Shown: piece by piece, positions 1-13,454 of the stretch
How the letters are laid out: each line of letters opens with the position of its first letter
Numbering within the stretch: the stretch's first letter is position 1
Assembly (NCBI RefSeq): GCF_036321535.1
Contig: NC_087438.1
Coordinates: 13,890,001 to 13,954,000, forward strand
Source of the DNA: Camelus dromedarius
Lineage: Eukaryota
Reading direction: 5' to 3'
Length of the DNA: 64,000 nucleotides
Position numbers and translations under genes: made by a program
The notes under the pieces: generated by a model
The model's input: the letters and a program-made list of their open reading frames with translations, nothing else
The model's database searches: none
What the model was told of the DNA's origin: nothing

Positions 1-789
1 TTTACTTAGTAGATGTGTATTAACTCATTTCCCATATGAAGGACCAACAAGTGGTTTAAAAAAAAAAAACTTAGTATATCTTGAAGACGTTACTTTAGTA
101 AAAATGAACATTTCCTTTGGTAATGATTGAAAACAATAGAGTTTTTATGATATACATGAACCCATGTATGTTTATAAATCAGCTTCTACTTGATGCAAAC
201 ATTATTTGGACTGAGGTGAGATTTAGAAACAATCTTAAGTACAGCCTCTGATTAAAATACGCCTGTAATTGAACTTGATGCTATTTTTAAAATTTCCTAT
301 TGTTTCCAACAAGCAAATATCATTCTTTCCAGGGATTCTTAACTTCCATCTTCTATCCATGGAGCTTGTTCCCAAGAACTACACAATATTTTTGGAACCT
401 TTCAAATGTCTTTATCATTTCCTTTTGAATATATCAATCCATTTATTCCTTTATTTTAAAACTAATTTTCAATGAGCCTTTATCATGTGACAGTCCTTTT
501 GTTGTCCTTGGGTGACTAAGAACATGTAATTCTAGGTCTAGTCTCGTTACGTTGAAAATGAATATTAACCAGAATGATAACAAGTGAACCCACTCATGTA
601 TTCTTTATAATGCTCATTTTAAAGTAGTTAGTGATGCTTATTTTCAAAGAGAACATTATGTCGAAAAAATTATCTAAATGGAAACCACTTGAGTTGATTT
701 TTCAGATGCAAAACATGAAAAATTCAGGTAGAACAGAGAAGACTGGAGTGGTTTAATTATTGATTTGTAATAAAGGGCATTATAAAAGT

Positions 790-1830
790 ACATAAACCAC
801 AATGAGCTATCACCCCATGCCCACTAGAATGGATCTAATCAAAAAGGTATGTAATGATAAATATTGATAACAATATAGAGAAATTGGAACCCTCATATAG
901 AGCTGGTATGAATGTAAAATGTAGCCACTTTGGAAAACAGTCTGGCTGCTCATCAAAAGTTTAAATATAGAGTTTCTATGTGACCTCGTAATCCCACTCT
1001 TAGGTACACAACCAAAAGAAATGAAAACCCATCCATATGGAGATACTCATAGTCATGTTCATAACAGCATTATTCAAACTAGGCAAAAAGTAGAAACAGC
1101 CCAAATGTCTGTCCTGATAGATAAAGTGATAAAGGGACAAGTAAAATGTAATATATCCATAGAGTGGAATATTTTTTAGCAATAAGAATGAATGAAACAC
1201 TGCTACATGCTACAGTGTAAATGAACTTTGAAAATACTGTGCTGAGTGAAGTAAGCCAGTCACAAAGAACCACGGGTTATATGATTCTTTTATATGAAAT
1301 GCCAAGAAAAGGCAAATCTATTGCTATAGACTGAATGTTTATGTTCCCTTGCCAAAATTCAGAGTGGAACACTCATCAGTGAGATTAGTGCCTCCAAAGA
1401 GATTCTTTGCCCTCGTGCCAGGTGAGTTCACCAGTAGAAGGCAGCCATTTATGAACCTGGACTGGGTTTTCACCAGATACCAAATCTGTTGCCCCTTAAT
1501 CTTGGACTTCCAGCCTCCAGAACTGTGAGAAATAAATGTTTGTTGTTTGAAGCACTCAGTTTATGGCATTTTGTTATATTGGCCGAAACAGACTAAGACA
1601 TCTATAGAAACTGGAAATAGGTTAGTGGCTTCTTGAGTTGAGACACAAGGAGTGGGGTTTAGAGGGTGATGACCAAGGGGTACAGGATTTCTTTCTGAAA
1701 TCATGAATATATTCTAAAACAGATTGTAGTGATTGATGCACAAGTTCTGAGTACACTAAAAGTCATTAAACTGTACCCTTTAAAAGGGTGAATTGCATGA
1801 TTTGTAAATTATTTATAAATGAAGTTTCAA
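790..1830 (+). mobile_element. L1 3' end (L1MB-like), split by an MLT1A LTR
   Basis: L1 ORF2-end/3'UTR phrases: aaaccacaatgagctatcac, gccactttggaaaacagtctgg, cagcattattc, gctgagtgaagtaagccagtcaca, aaaggcaaatctat...agaaactggaaataggttagtgg. Confidence 0.85.
1322..1600 (+). mobile_element. MaLR solo LTR, MLT1A/MLT1A0-like, internally deleted
   Basis: Starts tgctatagactgaatgtt, contains cttggacttccagcctccagaactgtgagaaataaatgtttgttg, ends gactaagaca. 5-bp TSD TCTAT at 1317-1321 and 1601-1605. Confidence 0.9.
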
Positions 1831-2764
1831 TTTTTTAAAATTTCTTGTACCTTCTGAGGACAAGCAAAAGAGAACATAATTTCTTTTCACATAGCACTGT
1901 TTTTTTAATGTGAAGTATTCTTAATTTTAATATATTTATAGTTCTGTTGTGAATATGTAGAAATCTTTTAAAATTATACATATTTTCTGCATGCAATGCT
2001 AAACTTGGGGCAATTTGTACTTTGGTTTATTTCTCAACATGTAAAGAAAGGTTTCATTTTCATGACAGTAAATCCGTTTTCCTAGCATTTTATTCTAATT
2101 TCATTTGAACGTTGTCATGCACATCTTTTTGAACTCAGAGATAATTATTGATATTTATGCTTTTTTCAAAACCTAGGTATTTAGCATAATGCCATGCTCT
2201 GGATGAGGATGAGACAAGAGCCTTCCTCAGCTGTGTATCATATACTTCTCTTAAAAGGGACATAGACCTGCCCGTGGAAATCCCAAGAGTTATTCTTTTA
2301 CTGTAAAAGTTCTGAGTGTTAATTGAAGCTTGAGGAGGGGTGCTATATTGATAAAATAATTCAAGTACAATGTTAAGATTTTCTTTTCTTCTCTTCTTTT
2401 TGTTTTCCTAAACAGTTTCGCCGCATATGAAGTATTCCTCTTCTGCTTAAGTAAGGAATAAGCACATGACAAAGCAAGTCTCACAATTCAGAAGAGAACC
2501 AAGTATTTTGACTCAGTGATGCAGACTAAGTGTTTTGTGATGCCAACTTCCCACCACTATGCGGGGATTAAAGTAAAGGAAAAGGTACAAGATTTATTCG
2601 CTGTACCTGACAATGAATAATTGTATCTACTACCTTCTGTGCACCCTGCTCACCCCTGGCATAAACAATAAAAGTGGCAAAAGCCTTGCTCTGGAGAAAA
2701 TCTCAGCATAAATCTTCACGTATAAGTGACTTCTTTCCTATGATAACAAAATAAAGACGTTTAC

Positions 2765-2901
2765 CATTTTCTGAAGCAGCAACTGTGATGTTGTACCACG
2801 GAGTTTCCTCTCTATCAAGGACCTTGGTAGTCTTAATGGTTCCAGTGTTGGCATCAATGTTGAAAAACCTGTCATCTTCAGGTTTGTAGTCGATGAAATA
2901 T
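2765..2901 (-). CDS. CDH18: CDH18 coding exon, 137 bp (EC4: YFIDYKPEDDRFFNIDANTGTIKTTKVLDREETPWYNITVAASEN)
   Basis: Translated by hand because the ORF track shows only a wrong frame here. Acceptor tttgtttctctag|ATATTTC (AG+A = Arg), donor GAAAATG|gtaaac, phase 2 to phase 1. Contains LDRE and an NIT sequon. Confidence 0.95.
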
Positions 2902-3489
2902 CTAGAGAAACAAATAGATACATTTTCTTTTACCCGACGCTATAACAAAGAAAAGAAAACTGAATCAAGGGAGGTATTAACCTAATACATTCAAATATTG
3001 AAACATGTATTTTTACTTTCCATATTTGGCTCTTAAGATTTGCCTGGCCATTTTATATTTGCATAGAACTGATATCAATTATTTTTCTGTCACTCGTTTT
3101 TTCTGTCACTTCAATTACTAATTCAAAAAGCTTAAAACATACACCTACTAGACTCCATGAACAAAAGCACAGTTAATTAATGAGGGAGGGAGAGACAAAA
3201 AAAAAAAAAACAAACCCAAAAAACTTCTCTGTGAAGCCTACAGTCCACTGGAAAAAAATAAAACTTTAATTAAACTTTTCATTGTTATATGTACAGTTTT
3301 TTTAAGGATAACAGATGTTAGAGATTAATTTATCTTGGAATTTCATTATACCTGAAGTTGGAAGATAAACACAAAATGAAAAACAAAACATTTTAATTAA
3401 TTACCGTTGTGTCTCCATCACTTAGCATCTTCTCTTAGTCAAAGAGTGAAAGAATGAATAAACAGGAAGTAGGTTGCTTTATTGATCAC

Positions 3490-3940
3490 ACATCTTCTTC
3501 CCTGCCAAGCTCATGTAATTGTGCATGGCTTTCTTACCTTAGATTTGGCCCCCAGCTTACTTTGGCAACAGAATGAGTGGAAAGTGATGGTGCCCTGTTC
3601 CGTATTTGGGTTTAGGTGTCATGAGACTTTGCAAGTTCCCTCTTACACTCTACTACTGCCAGAAGAAGATCATGCCAGGGCTAGTTCACTGGTTCCCAGA
3701 AGAAAGGTGAGAGACATAGGGTTGACCCAGTTCAGATCCCCCACCCTAGCGCAGAGCTACCTAATAAATGAGCAGATGCATGATGGAATGCACTGGGGAT
3801 ACACAGAGTTGGCAAACAAAAGCCAGTCTAGTTCAGCTGATCCCAGCTGACTCAGACACACACACCATGGCTATAAATTACTTTTTTCTATACCCCTGAG
3901 TTGTGGGGTTTTACATTATTCAACAAGTTAATTAACATAA
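3490..3940 (+). mobile_element. Old MaLR LTR (MLT1I/J-like)
   Basis: tttggcaacagaatgagtggaaagtgatg; agaagatcatgccagggctagttcactggttcccagaagaaaggtgagagaca; 3' end ctgagttgtggggttt. Confidence 0.7.
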
Positions 3941-3975
3941 ATCTGAATAAATAATATAGTAAACAATCATTATAT

Positions 3976-4506
3976 TGTTACCCCCCAAAAAGGAAAAGAC
4001 CTCAGTCCTTGTCTTATCTGAGGACAAGATTACAGATGGGAGACGCATTGCGTAGTGAAAGATTTTTGAAGGATTTATTTAGGAAAAGAAAAGTCCACCT
4101 CCAAGAGTGGGAGGCGGGCTGATCCAAGGGAGGGAAAATGGTCTTTGTTTTGCCCTCTCTCTTACACCCTGGCTTAGAGGCGGCCTTTTGATTGATTGAC
4201 GGCTCTTGCCCCTGGAATGCCGAGTCATGTTTGTTTCCTTTGCACAAGTCCTTACCCATGGTGCACACAGAAAAACCCATGGTAGGTGCTAAACCACAGT
4301 GTTAATTATATTACAATGAGCACTGGGTCGTGTTCCATTAAGTTTTTCAATACTGCATAGTCCTGACTGGTTCTAACCAGTTTCTTGCTGGCCCTCATTT
4401 AGAAGAAGTAAAAATCCCTTTATGCTGGAGGCAGGCATAACCCCAACTTCCCGACCATCCTCCCTCCTCCACCTATCTGCCTGGTGCCCCACTTCACTAT
4501 CTAACA
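3976..4506 (-). mobile_element. ERV1-type solo LTR (~530 bp), same orientation as CDH18
   Basis: TGTTA...TAACA terminal inverted repeat, flanks atat/ataa (4-bp TSD with 1 mismatch), minus-strand AATAAA at 4074-4079, U5-like taagacaaggac near the 3' end, GC content above the flanks. Confidence 0.75.
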
Positions 4507-4619
4507 ATAAGTTGTAGAAATGTCCCACACTGTTCCTCAGTGGGTTTAAGGAGGACGTTTTCTTTTCTCCTTAAACCTCTAATCCTTCATCCCTCTTCAT
4601 TACTCTTAGCTTAAGTTAC

Positions 4620-5950
4620 ATTTCTTCTACGTCTGAAGAAAAAAGAATGAACTGTCATGTGAGAAGTGCAAGGGGAATAATATTTGAATATAGGGACATA
4701 AAGTACAAAGATCCAAAGTGCAGAAAAAGCTTGACATGGTTCAGTAACAAATGGATGTTTCCATGTAACTGGCAGAATAATGAAGTGATGGCCAGGGGGT
4801 AGGACAAGCCTGCCCTGTGGCACAAGTCAAGGGTTTTGACTTTTTGATAGAAGCAATGGAAACAATTTAAACAAAATAAATAACAGATCTACTTACGTTC
4901 TGAAAAAAAAATTCCAGTGGTTACTTTGGAATCTTGGAACACAGAACATTAAAAACAACTCAGAAAAGAAATAATTGTCATCATGGGCACAGGTGGAAAA
5001 AAAGAAGGAAACGGACAGAAGTGTATAAAATAGTGCTATATTTTGGCTACAACCTATAAAGCTTTTTGTTGGAGTGGCATTAGTAAAAAGAAGAAATCAT
5101 GAATGATTTTTGTGTTGTGTCTGTGTATTTGTTCTAGCATGTAGCTGATAAGCCCATTCAGAATTAAAGAGGGAAAGAAACAATCCCTTTGGGAGAAAGA
5201 GAGTTGGGCAGAAATCAGTGGCTTTGACATGTTATGCCTCGGATGTCAATTAATAAACATGTGGAATAAAAAATAGAAAATTAGATGTGGGTGTGGACTT
5301 CCAATGTGCTTTCTGAATGAATGGGAAATATACAGTTGAGGATGTATCAGCCTAAATGTACTGTAATGGGAACAATATAATCTCATCTGGGAGAGAATTG
5401 TAAGGAAAGGACGTGACAGATGGAGCAGTACAGAACACCATCTTTGGGTATAAAGCGTCGCAGCATCTGCATAGGAGATGCTTCAGGGGAAGGTGCAGCT
5501 CAGGGGAGAAGGGAAATTGGGCGAGTGGGGTGGTGCAGAAGCCAAGAAAGGAGTGTGGACAGCTGGGGTGAATTCTATTAAGAAGCTGAGTGAGGTTAGT
5601 AAAGGCTGAATTGGATTTGGCAGGATGGACATCTTTGGCTAACTTGAAAAAGAGTAGTTTCAATAAAATATGAAAGGTTGGAAGTTTTATTGCAATGGAT
5701 TCAAAAGTATATTGAATGCAAATATATGAAGCCCATGCAACATGACGCTTGATTGAATATCGTTACCTGAAATGAAGATCAGAAAAATGGTGCCTTATGT
5801 CATCAGAGAAGTGGGTTCAACAAATTAATTTTTTCTGATGTGGGTAATAATAGGCATTGTCTTTGCTGGAGAGAATGATCATTTTGAAAGAGGGGAATAG
5901 CTAAAAAGATAAAAATCATGAGAAGGTGAACAGATTGGTTTCCAGAGCAC
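4620..5950 (-). mobile_element. Degenerate L2 LINE fragment(s)
   Basis: Purine-rich plus strand with L2-like phrases (ttttgacttttt...gcaatggaaac, tttgacatgtt...ggatgtcaa, ttggatttgg, gagtagtttca). Confidence 0.5.
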
Positions 5951-7638
5951 GAATATTGGGATTTCCATTGAAAGTAACAGAGGAAACTTCTTCCACTTTA
6001 ACATGGGGAAACACTCGGAATATAGGTGATTGTGGTGATGGAAATGTTACAAAATTCATCATACTTTCTAGAACAGATTATAAATATAATTGAAATACAA
6101 CCCATGCCTCACATAGGCACACGGTGTTAACACCTATGTAGAACTTATTGCTCAACATGAAACCCCATAACAACCTGTGGACAGACAGGCACAGCCATGA
6201 CAGAAGACATTAATAGCATCCCATAAATCTGGACTATGAAGCATCCCAAGAAACCTAGGAGCTCATTTAATGAAAATAAGACCTGACAAAAACAGAACAT
6301 GTCGCTTGTACCTGTGGGATCAAAGCAAGGAACCGGCCATTTTGTGCAAATTGTTCTAATAAAAACTATAGGTTAATGAAGGAAAATTCAACTTGCAAAA
6401 TCAGTTTAAGTGAGGAAAGACCAAAATATAAAGCAAATCTGATTTGGAGAAGAGACATCAGATCCAGACACTACAGAAGAGTGGCAACGAGATACAGCAT
6501 TGGGCTTTCCCAGAGCACGAGGCCGTGGTGCCCTGAAACTGATTTACTTCGACTTAAGTTGATATCACAAAAATCCCCCAAAACAAAAAACAAAAAATCC
6601 TCATAATCTCCCTTCCCCTGAGGCTTGTTGCCGAGGATGCAGGAGGATGAGGGCTGAATTGCTTAGATGTGGGAAATCTTGTCAAAGAAAAAGAATAATA
6701 TCGATTAAAATGTAATCAGTTGGCAATCTGGTTATTACATTGTTTAAAGTAATCTGTCTTCAGGAAACTTTCCATTCGGGGATAGTCTTAGAACAATGGT
6801 TTCTGTATTTGAAAGTTGAACCTAAAATTGAAAAATATTATTCAACCTCAAAGCTCCCTGCTGCAGCTATCAGCAAAGCCCAGATGACATTGTTATCAAC
6901 ATACCCCTATGAAATATGGCAGAATTTGCCTCATTTTAGAAATCTGATCACTTCAGAACTGTTAGTCTGGAAGAAAATGGGTTTTCTTCTGTTTATAAGG
7001 TAAATTAAGATTCTGAAAGTGTGTGGCATCTTTATCAGAACAACCCCCTCTCTTTTAAGCATCCCACAGACAGAGCTTTCTAACATTAAGTGGTAGTATT
7101 AGTGCTTAAATACTTTTAGAATGAATAGGCTTTTATTTGAATTTGAAAAATACATAATCTATGTTTACATGGTAGATGTAACACGAGGCACATGTCCTCA
7201 GACTCATGTTATTTACTTCTTACTCTTCTTTGCAGCCTAACTCTCTTGGGAAATATACAACATAAGGGCTCGCTATATGGGCAATGCTTGAATCCAAAGA
7301 GTCTTATTCATGGGACTGCAATTGAATTTCAACTCAAGTAGAACTAAATAGCTCTAATTACCCTTGGATTTCTGCCTAGCCTCAGTAATAAAAACTCAGA
7401 AAAAGGGAAGACAGAAATGTCAGAGAAAAGAAATGATACAGGACTAGGTTGGGGGTAATACGCAGAATCATTCAATGCTAATATTTAAAATTAAGAAGTG
7501 ACATGTGTCTATAAAACTGTTTATCCAACAACAAAATAGATAAAACATTCTCAGTAGGTACCTTTTCAAAATATTTTTATAATAAAATACACTTCCTTTC
7601 ACAAACTTCAAAAAAACACATTTAATACTTCATGAACA

Positions 7639-7692
7639 TCTATCTATCTATCTATATACACACATATATATACACACACGCACACACACACA
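7639..7692. repeat. Compound (TCTA)n/(TA)n/(CA)n microsatellite
   Basis: Read directly from the sequence. Confidence 0.85.
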
Positions 7693-8044
7693 TATTTAGA
7701 TTTTTGACAAATGTTAACAGGAATTTGACATTTTTAGATATATCCAGCAAGTATAAAATCAAGTAACCATTTACCTAGGTGATATCGGTCCTAACTTGGG
7801 ATTAATTATGAAAGTTGAGGAATTAAGAGTTTTGAGAATTATATTTTAATATTCTAGTTCACAGCTGTCAAAAATGAACCAATGTAAACTGAGGCTAGAG
7901 TAGATATAACTGGACAAGATGTTTAAAGATATCCTTCAAATTATACTTTCCCTCTTAACATAAGATTATATGGGGATGATGTATGAGACTTGGAGGAAAC
8001 ACTCACACATGTATGGGTTATTTGCAAAAGCGATCTAATAAGTG

Positions 8045-8250
8045 ATAACAAAAACTAACATTTATGAAGCACTTGCAGTGTACTATATACATGCTTTAAA
8101 TGTTTTCTAAATATTAGTTTATTGCAGACTCAAAAAAACTAGATAAGTACTATTAATAGACCATTTTTGTCGAGAAGAAATCTGATGCAGAGTGATGGAG
8201 AATTTTATCCAACATCAAAGAGCTAGTTAGTGCAAGAGATTAAAAATCAA
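8045..8250 (-). mobile_element. MIR SINE
   Basis: aactaacatttatgaagcactt...ccatttttgtcgagaagaaatctgatgcagag resembles the MIR core in reverse orientation. Confidence 0.65.
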
Positions 8251-9134
8251 TACAATCTTTCAAGTAATATTTATACTTTTTTAAAGTAGATAATATTTGA
8301 GGCTTTGCCCATTCATTCAATGAATATTTATTTGAAGGAATAAAAGAAAGGAACAAGAGATATATAAAAGAGAAGAGGTAGCAAGACCTGAGAATTATTT
8401 AGACGTGGTTTAGTTAGGGAAACAAGTAGGCAAAAAAAGAAAAAAAAAAAGAAAAGAAAAGAAAAGCTATTTGCAAGCTAATATTGAGATCGATGCTCAG
8501 ACAGTTTAAAATCAGAGGTCAGAGTTAAATTCTAAGCACCAGAAGGCATTAGGGAAAACATGGGTGAGATATCTTAGATCTGGTCTAAAGTGGGGTGTCA
8601 TTTTTCAGACCACCATTACTTTGTAAGTAAGATAGAAGGAGACAGTTGGTTATAGATAGGCTACAGACAGAAGTTGATCTCCTTTACCCATACGCTAATG
8701 CCCTGATCAATATTACCATCTCCACAGTGTTACCCTAGAGTAATATGAACTTACTTTACAATAAAATATTCTTCGGTAAGGAATGACAATTGATTCAATC
8801 ATCATCAACTAAGTCATTGAGAGAATGCTTGCAAGAGAGTCGAGAGGGGGTTGGTTGATGGGGACAATTCAACTCATAGTGCATTTTTGATCTAAAATGC
8901 AAAGGTCGGCTCACGAAGGTACATAGAGAGAAGAGATGAACAGAAGAGGGGTTTACCCAAAACAAATTTCCCAATTTTCAGATACTGTAGAGGTGATAAC
9001 CACTTCAGGCCACTGAAGTACCTCTCCTGCATTCTTTTCCTCTGTGTACAATAAACTGTCTTGATTTATTCAGAATGTAAACATAAATTCTATGAAAATT
9101 TGTTTCCAAAAGAGATCCAGCATATGTGTGAAAA

Positions 9135-9375
9135 TGGTATTGAGCGGTAGTAAGAGAATCAACACGGGTTTGGAAACCAAGTAAGGGTGGTGTTCATCAC
9201 ACCTAAACCCCTGATTAGCTCTGTGACCGTAAGCAATGTACCACCTCTCTGAGCCCTTCTTTGTTAGCAAAATGGAGATGCTGCGTACGTTGTAACTTTC
9301 TTGTGACAATTAAATGAGGTAATATATGAAAGTATTTTATGCTTGAGTACCACATGACAGACCTCAATAGTTAAC
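9135..9375 (+). mobile_element. MIR SINE
   Basis: tagctctgtgaccgtaagcaa...cctctctgagcc...aaaatggagatg...aattaaatgaggtaatatatgaaag. Confidence 0.75.
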
Positions 9376-12300
9376 TGTTACTTGTTTTATTGCCTCTTAA
9401 GTTCGCTTTCTCTCTTTCTTTCTTAGAAAACTTATGTTTATTTTGTTGAGAAAGTTCATGAATAGTTAAGTTCTGTTTTTTTGTTAGTCTGTTTTGTTTT
9501 TTTCTTCTGGCAAAGTGCTCCAAACACAGTAGGAGCTGAATAAGGATTACTATTGAATGAACAAATGTCTCCATACAAATGGCATGAATTGCTGTCCATT
9601 TCCAAAAAATAAAAAGAAAATTCTGCCCAAAAATTATTTCCCTGCCCAATGCATATCAGTCAATTTTCATTTGGAAAGTTTATGAGAATAAAACTCTTTC
9701 TACAACCTACCATAGCACAGGGGTATGACTTTGCCTTATAAGTGAATGAATAAACCAACGAAGCCTTCAACAAATACAAAGAAGAATCTGTTAGTACCTA
9801 GTGTAAAATTAATTAAGGCATGTCAGAGTAGCCTTTACCTCTTTTGTAAATGTTTTGGTGGAAGGAATCAGGCCAATAGGTCATCACGCTTTAATTATCC
9901 AGAGCAGTAGGTTTTCATACAGAGATGAATTTTTTATAGATTCCTAATATTATGTTCAAAATTTCTTAGATTAATTCAGGAAATAAACTTTCTTTTACAG
10001 CGTGTGCTAGCTTATATTTCTCTTTCACTGAGAGATATCTAAACATTGCAAAAAGGACAAATACATTTATATTTTTCACAGCATTTCATTTAACTTACAG
10101 TTCTGGAACTAATTTTAAGTTGTAATACAATTATCATTTTTAAAGCTCATTTTTTTAGACTTTAGGTTGAATCCTAGGGAAAAAAAAACCCTCCATAGTA
10201 CCTCATGTGGATGCTTTGGCTAAATCTGCAGGATACACAGCCAACAGGATTAGTATGAGGGAGAAAATGTTGAGGTAGATTCAAGGGCTACTCTAGTACA
10301 ATTATTATAGCACAACATTACGTCCTGACATCACTATAAGCTCACCACATCTTGCATGAACTAGGTGCCAAGATAATATCTATACTAAATGCTACTTAGG
10401 AAGTTTTGTGATCAGTAATCAATAAGATGTTGCCTATGAGGGATTGGTTATCACCTGGCTGCAGACCAGAGGAAGTACAATTAAGCTTGTGCCAGCTCAG
10501 ATTTGTCCAGTGGTCCTTAAGGGCCCACTCATTGGACAACTCCCTATGCAAACCATGACTAATTTCCTGCTGTCAGATAAACGGGCCCATTTAACATAGG
10601 GGATCTTGCAAAAGTTGCTACTGTAGCTTATAAACCTGGGTTAAAATTTTTTATTCCTACAACTACTCTGTTCTGTCATTCAATATGTGCACCATTTCAT
10701 ATTTCTAGTAAATCTATTTTAATGCAATGAAAAGAAAAAAGCATTACATTGAAATAAGACGAAAATTTATTCTTAAAATTAGCATTTATGGGCAAACAAA
10801 ACACCAGACACGTTATGGCCATGGTAAACACTGTCAATCTCAACAGTGATTGCCTTTATTCAAGTATTTTCTTCAACAGAAGCTACTTTAAAAAAAATTA
10901 CCCAGTTCATCATTTGGTAATCAATTTCACTGATTATGTAGGCCTAGATTCAAGATAATTATTAGTCATGTTAAAGTACATTAGAAAAGTTTTTTCACTT
11001 CAAAAACAAAATTTCAGCCCTCAGAGGCACTTGTTATTTTCATTATAGTCTGTCCATCTCACCATAAAAATTAATTTAAAACTGACATCATGGAAATCTA
11101 TTTTAACAGTGGTTTACTTGGAGAAACGTCAGTTGGCTTAAAGTATACAAGATTTCTTTCAGTTGTCACACTGTAGATACTTGTGGGTACAGAACGTGAG
11201 TAGTAACGCAAATATATTTGAGACTTTGCTTCCCAACCAGCTGTTTTGGTAAGTTTTACTGACTACGATCAATAGATGGGATAAAGTTTAATCAATGTAC
11301 ACCCTGTGGGATATTACAGCAGCCTGGCCTCATCTTTAATTTAACAAAAAGTCACACACCTGCAGTATAGCTCAGATTCATTAAAAAATTTAAGATTCCC
11401 TTAGCTCACTTTGGGGATGCAATTTATTCCACAAGTCATGCACCCAGAAAATAATCCTTCTAAAAAAAATAGAACATAAAGACCATTTGTCACTTGATAG
11501 TGTATTGTGCTTAATAAACAGGCAGCATATACAGCACATAGATATTTTGGAAAGCTTTCTAACTTCCCAAACCAAAGCCTTGACCCAATGAGACAAAAGC
11601 ACCTCAAGAAGTAAAATCTCTGCACAGAAAATGCTTCAGCCTGTTATTTATGCTTTTAGGTAATGAAGATTTTAGAAATTCCAGTAATCTTGAGTTTTAC
11701 AAATGCTATGGAACCATTTTAAGCATCTTTTATTTATTTTGAAAAATTCACATGAAAGCTATTTGGATGGTTTAGTTCCCTGTCGGTAGACTAGCAGATG
11801 TCACGAAGCCAGGATTTAGGCATTCATTCCAGAGCTAAGGGAGCTACACAGGCCCATCCAGAAAATAGTTTCTCCCTCTGGTACCAGGATTCTGATTTGG
11901 GGTGGTTACCACCACATACTAGGTTGCTAGGTAACTGTGGGCCCAAAATGGAAATATTTCTAGGGGTCTTCTGTATCTTTTTTGAAGCATGGCGACAGTG
12001 ACCATGTTCTCTTCCAATCTCTATGATTAGCGATGTAATTGGGAATCAGTCACTCAGTTGGCTTAGTCTACAGATCTCTTCATGTCTGACAGAACAGGAT
12101 TGTCTTGGTCATCTTTGGGTGCCTTGACGTTCTCAACTGCCATAGTGACGTGACATTTAACAGTCAAGTTATTGGTCAATCTAAATGTGCTAATTTGGCT
12201 ATCTGTAATGTGATAAATGACAAAACACAAGTCGAAGACTAGGACTTCCAGTTTTAAATGGGAGTCTTCTTTCTATCTGCACTCAATTTGCATTAATTGT

Positions 12301-13454
12301 GCTTAATGAATTATCTCCTTTGTATCAGATGACTATGTCAGTTTTAATGAGGATATATTAAGGCTTTCGATTAAAGGTCCAATTAAGACATTCTTGACTT
12401 TCACTAAGCTAATCTTTCATAAGTAAATTTGGTCTATAAGGTTTTTACTCACTGTATATCAGATGATATCTTTAATGTGAATATATTTTGAAACACATTT
12501 TCTAGGTATTCTTGTCTTTCTTTTTGGAAGTTTGATTCCTATAGTCAAACCATCTTAGTTACTTTTTTAAGCTTTCCTTTTCAACTCTGCCATATCATCT
12601 TGTCATTATTTTGAAATATCTCTTATTTTTTGCTGTTATAACATCCCCAAATGAATGAGGTGCTCCTAACTGCCATCTCATCATAAGCTTCATGAAAATT
12701 TCAGAAATATGTAAGAAAAACAAACACACTACTAAGGACGCAGTGAATATACTGGAATCATTTGTTCCGAGGTTACAATTAAACTAAAAATAGGCTGAGT
12801 AAACACTTCTAATTCTCTACAACTATTCTTTTTTTTTAAAAGATATTTTAGAAAGTTTTTTTTTTTTAATTTGGCGATTATTTCCAAACTCCATCACAAT
12901 TTTATTTCTTATGTTAGCACATAAATTGACCATTGTTTCCTAAATAATGTCATGGTAAGCATTTGAAAACAACAATGCAGGATATTTACTATTTCTTTCT
13001 AATGGCTTTAAAGTTATAACACAAAGAAAATACTAAACATTTTACCAATAAGTAAATGTATAGATAAATTCAGATAATAAATCAAAGTGGAAAAGAAGAT
13101 GAGGGGCTATCCTTACTCACATAAATTCATGCTAAAGCTCTTCATCCTATGAGAAATGTTAATTGAAGACTTCACTAATTTCCTTTTTGTTGTACTAAAT
13201 CAAGTCATATATGTCTTCGACTCTACATATGGAGAAACTCTAAAATTAAGAGTTTTTTTCATGAGATGCTAGAGTTAAAAATGGAATTTGACTCTCTTCT
13301 GCATCTCTTTTTCCAGAAGTATGAAACACACCTGAACATGGAAAACATTCATCTGTTTCCTACTTTGTAACATCTGACGTCTATAAATGCAGTTTATAAT
13401 AATAATAATAATAATTCGTATTACAATAATTTTTATTAGTTGAAATATATGAGA

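Noticed and set aside
2738..2923. ORF MYLFVSLDISS... (61 aa)
   Set aside because: It is a wrong-frame reading of the real 137-bp CDH18 exon.
3482..3850. 122-aa ORF
   Set aside because: Lies within an old MLT1 LTR, has a non-ATG start and no recognisable domain.
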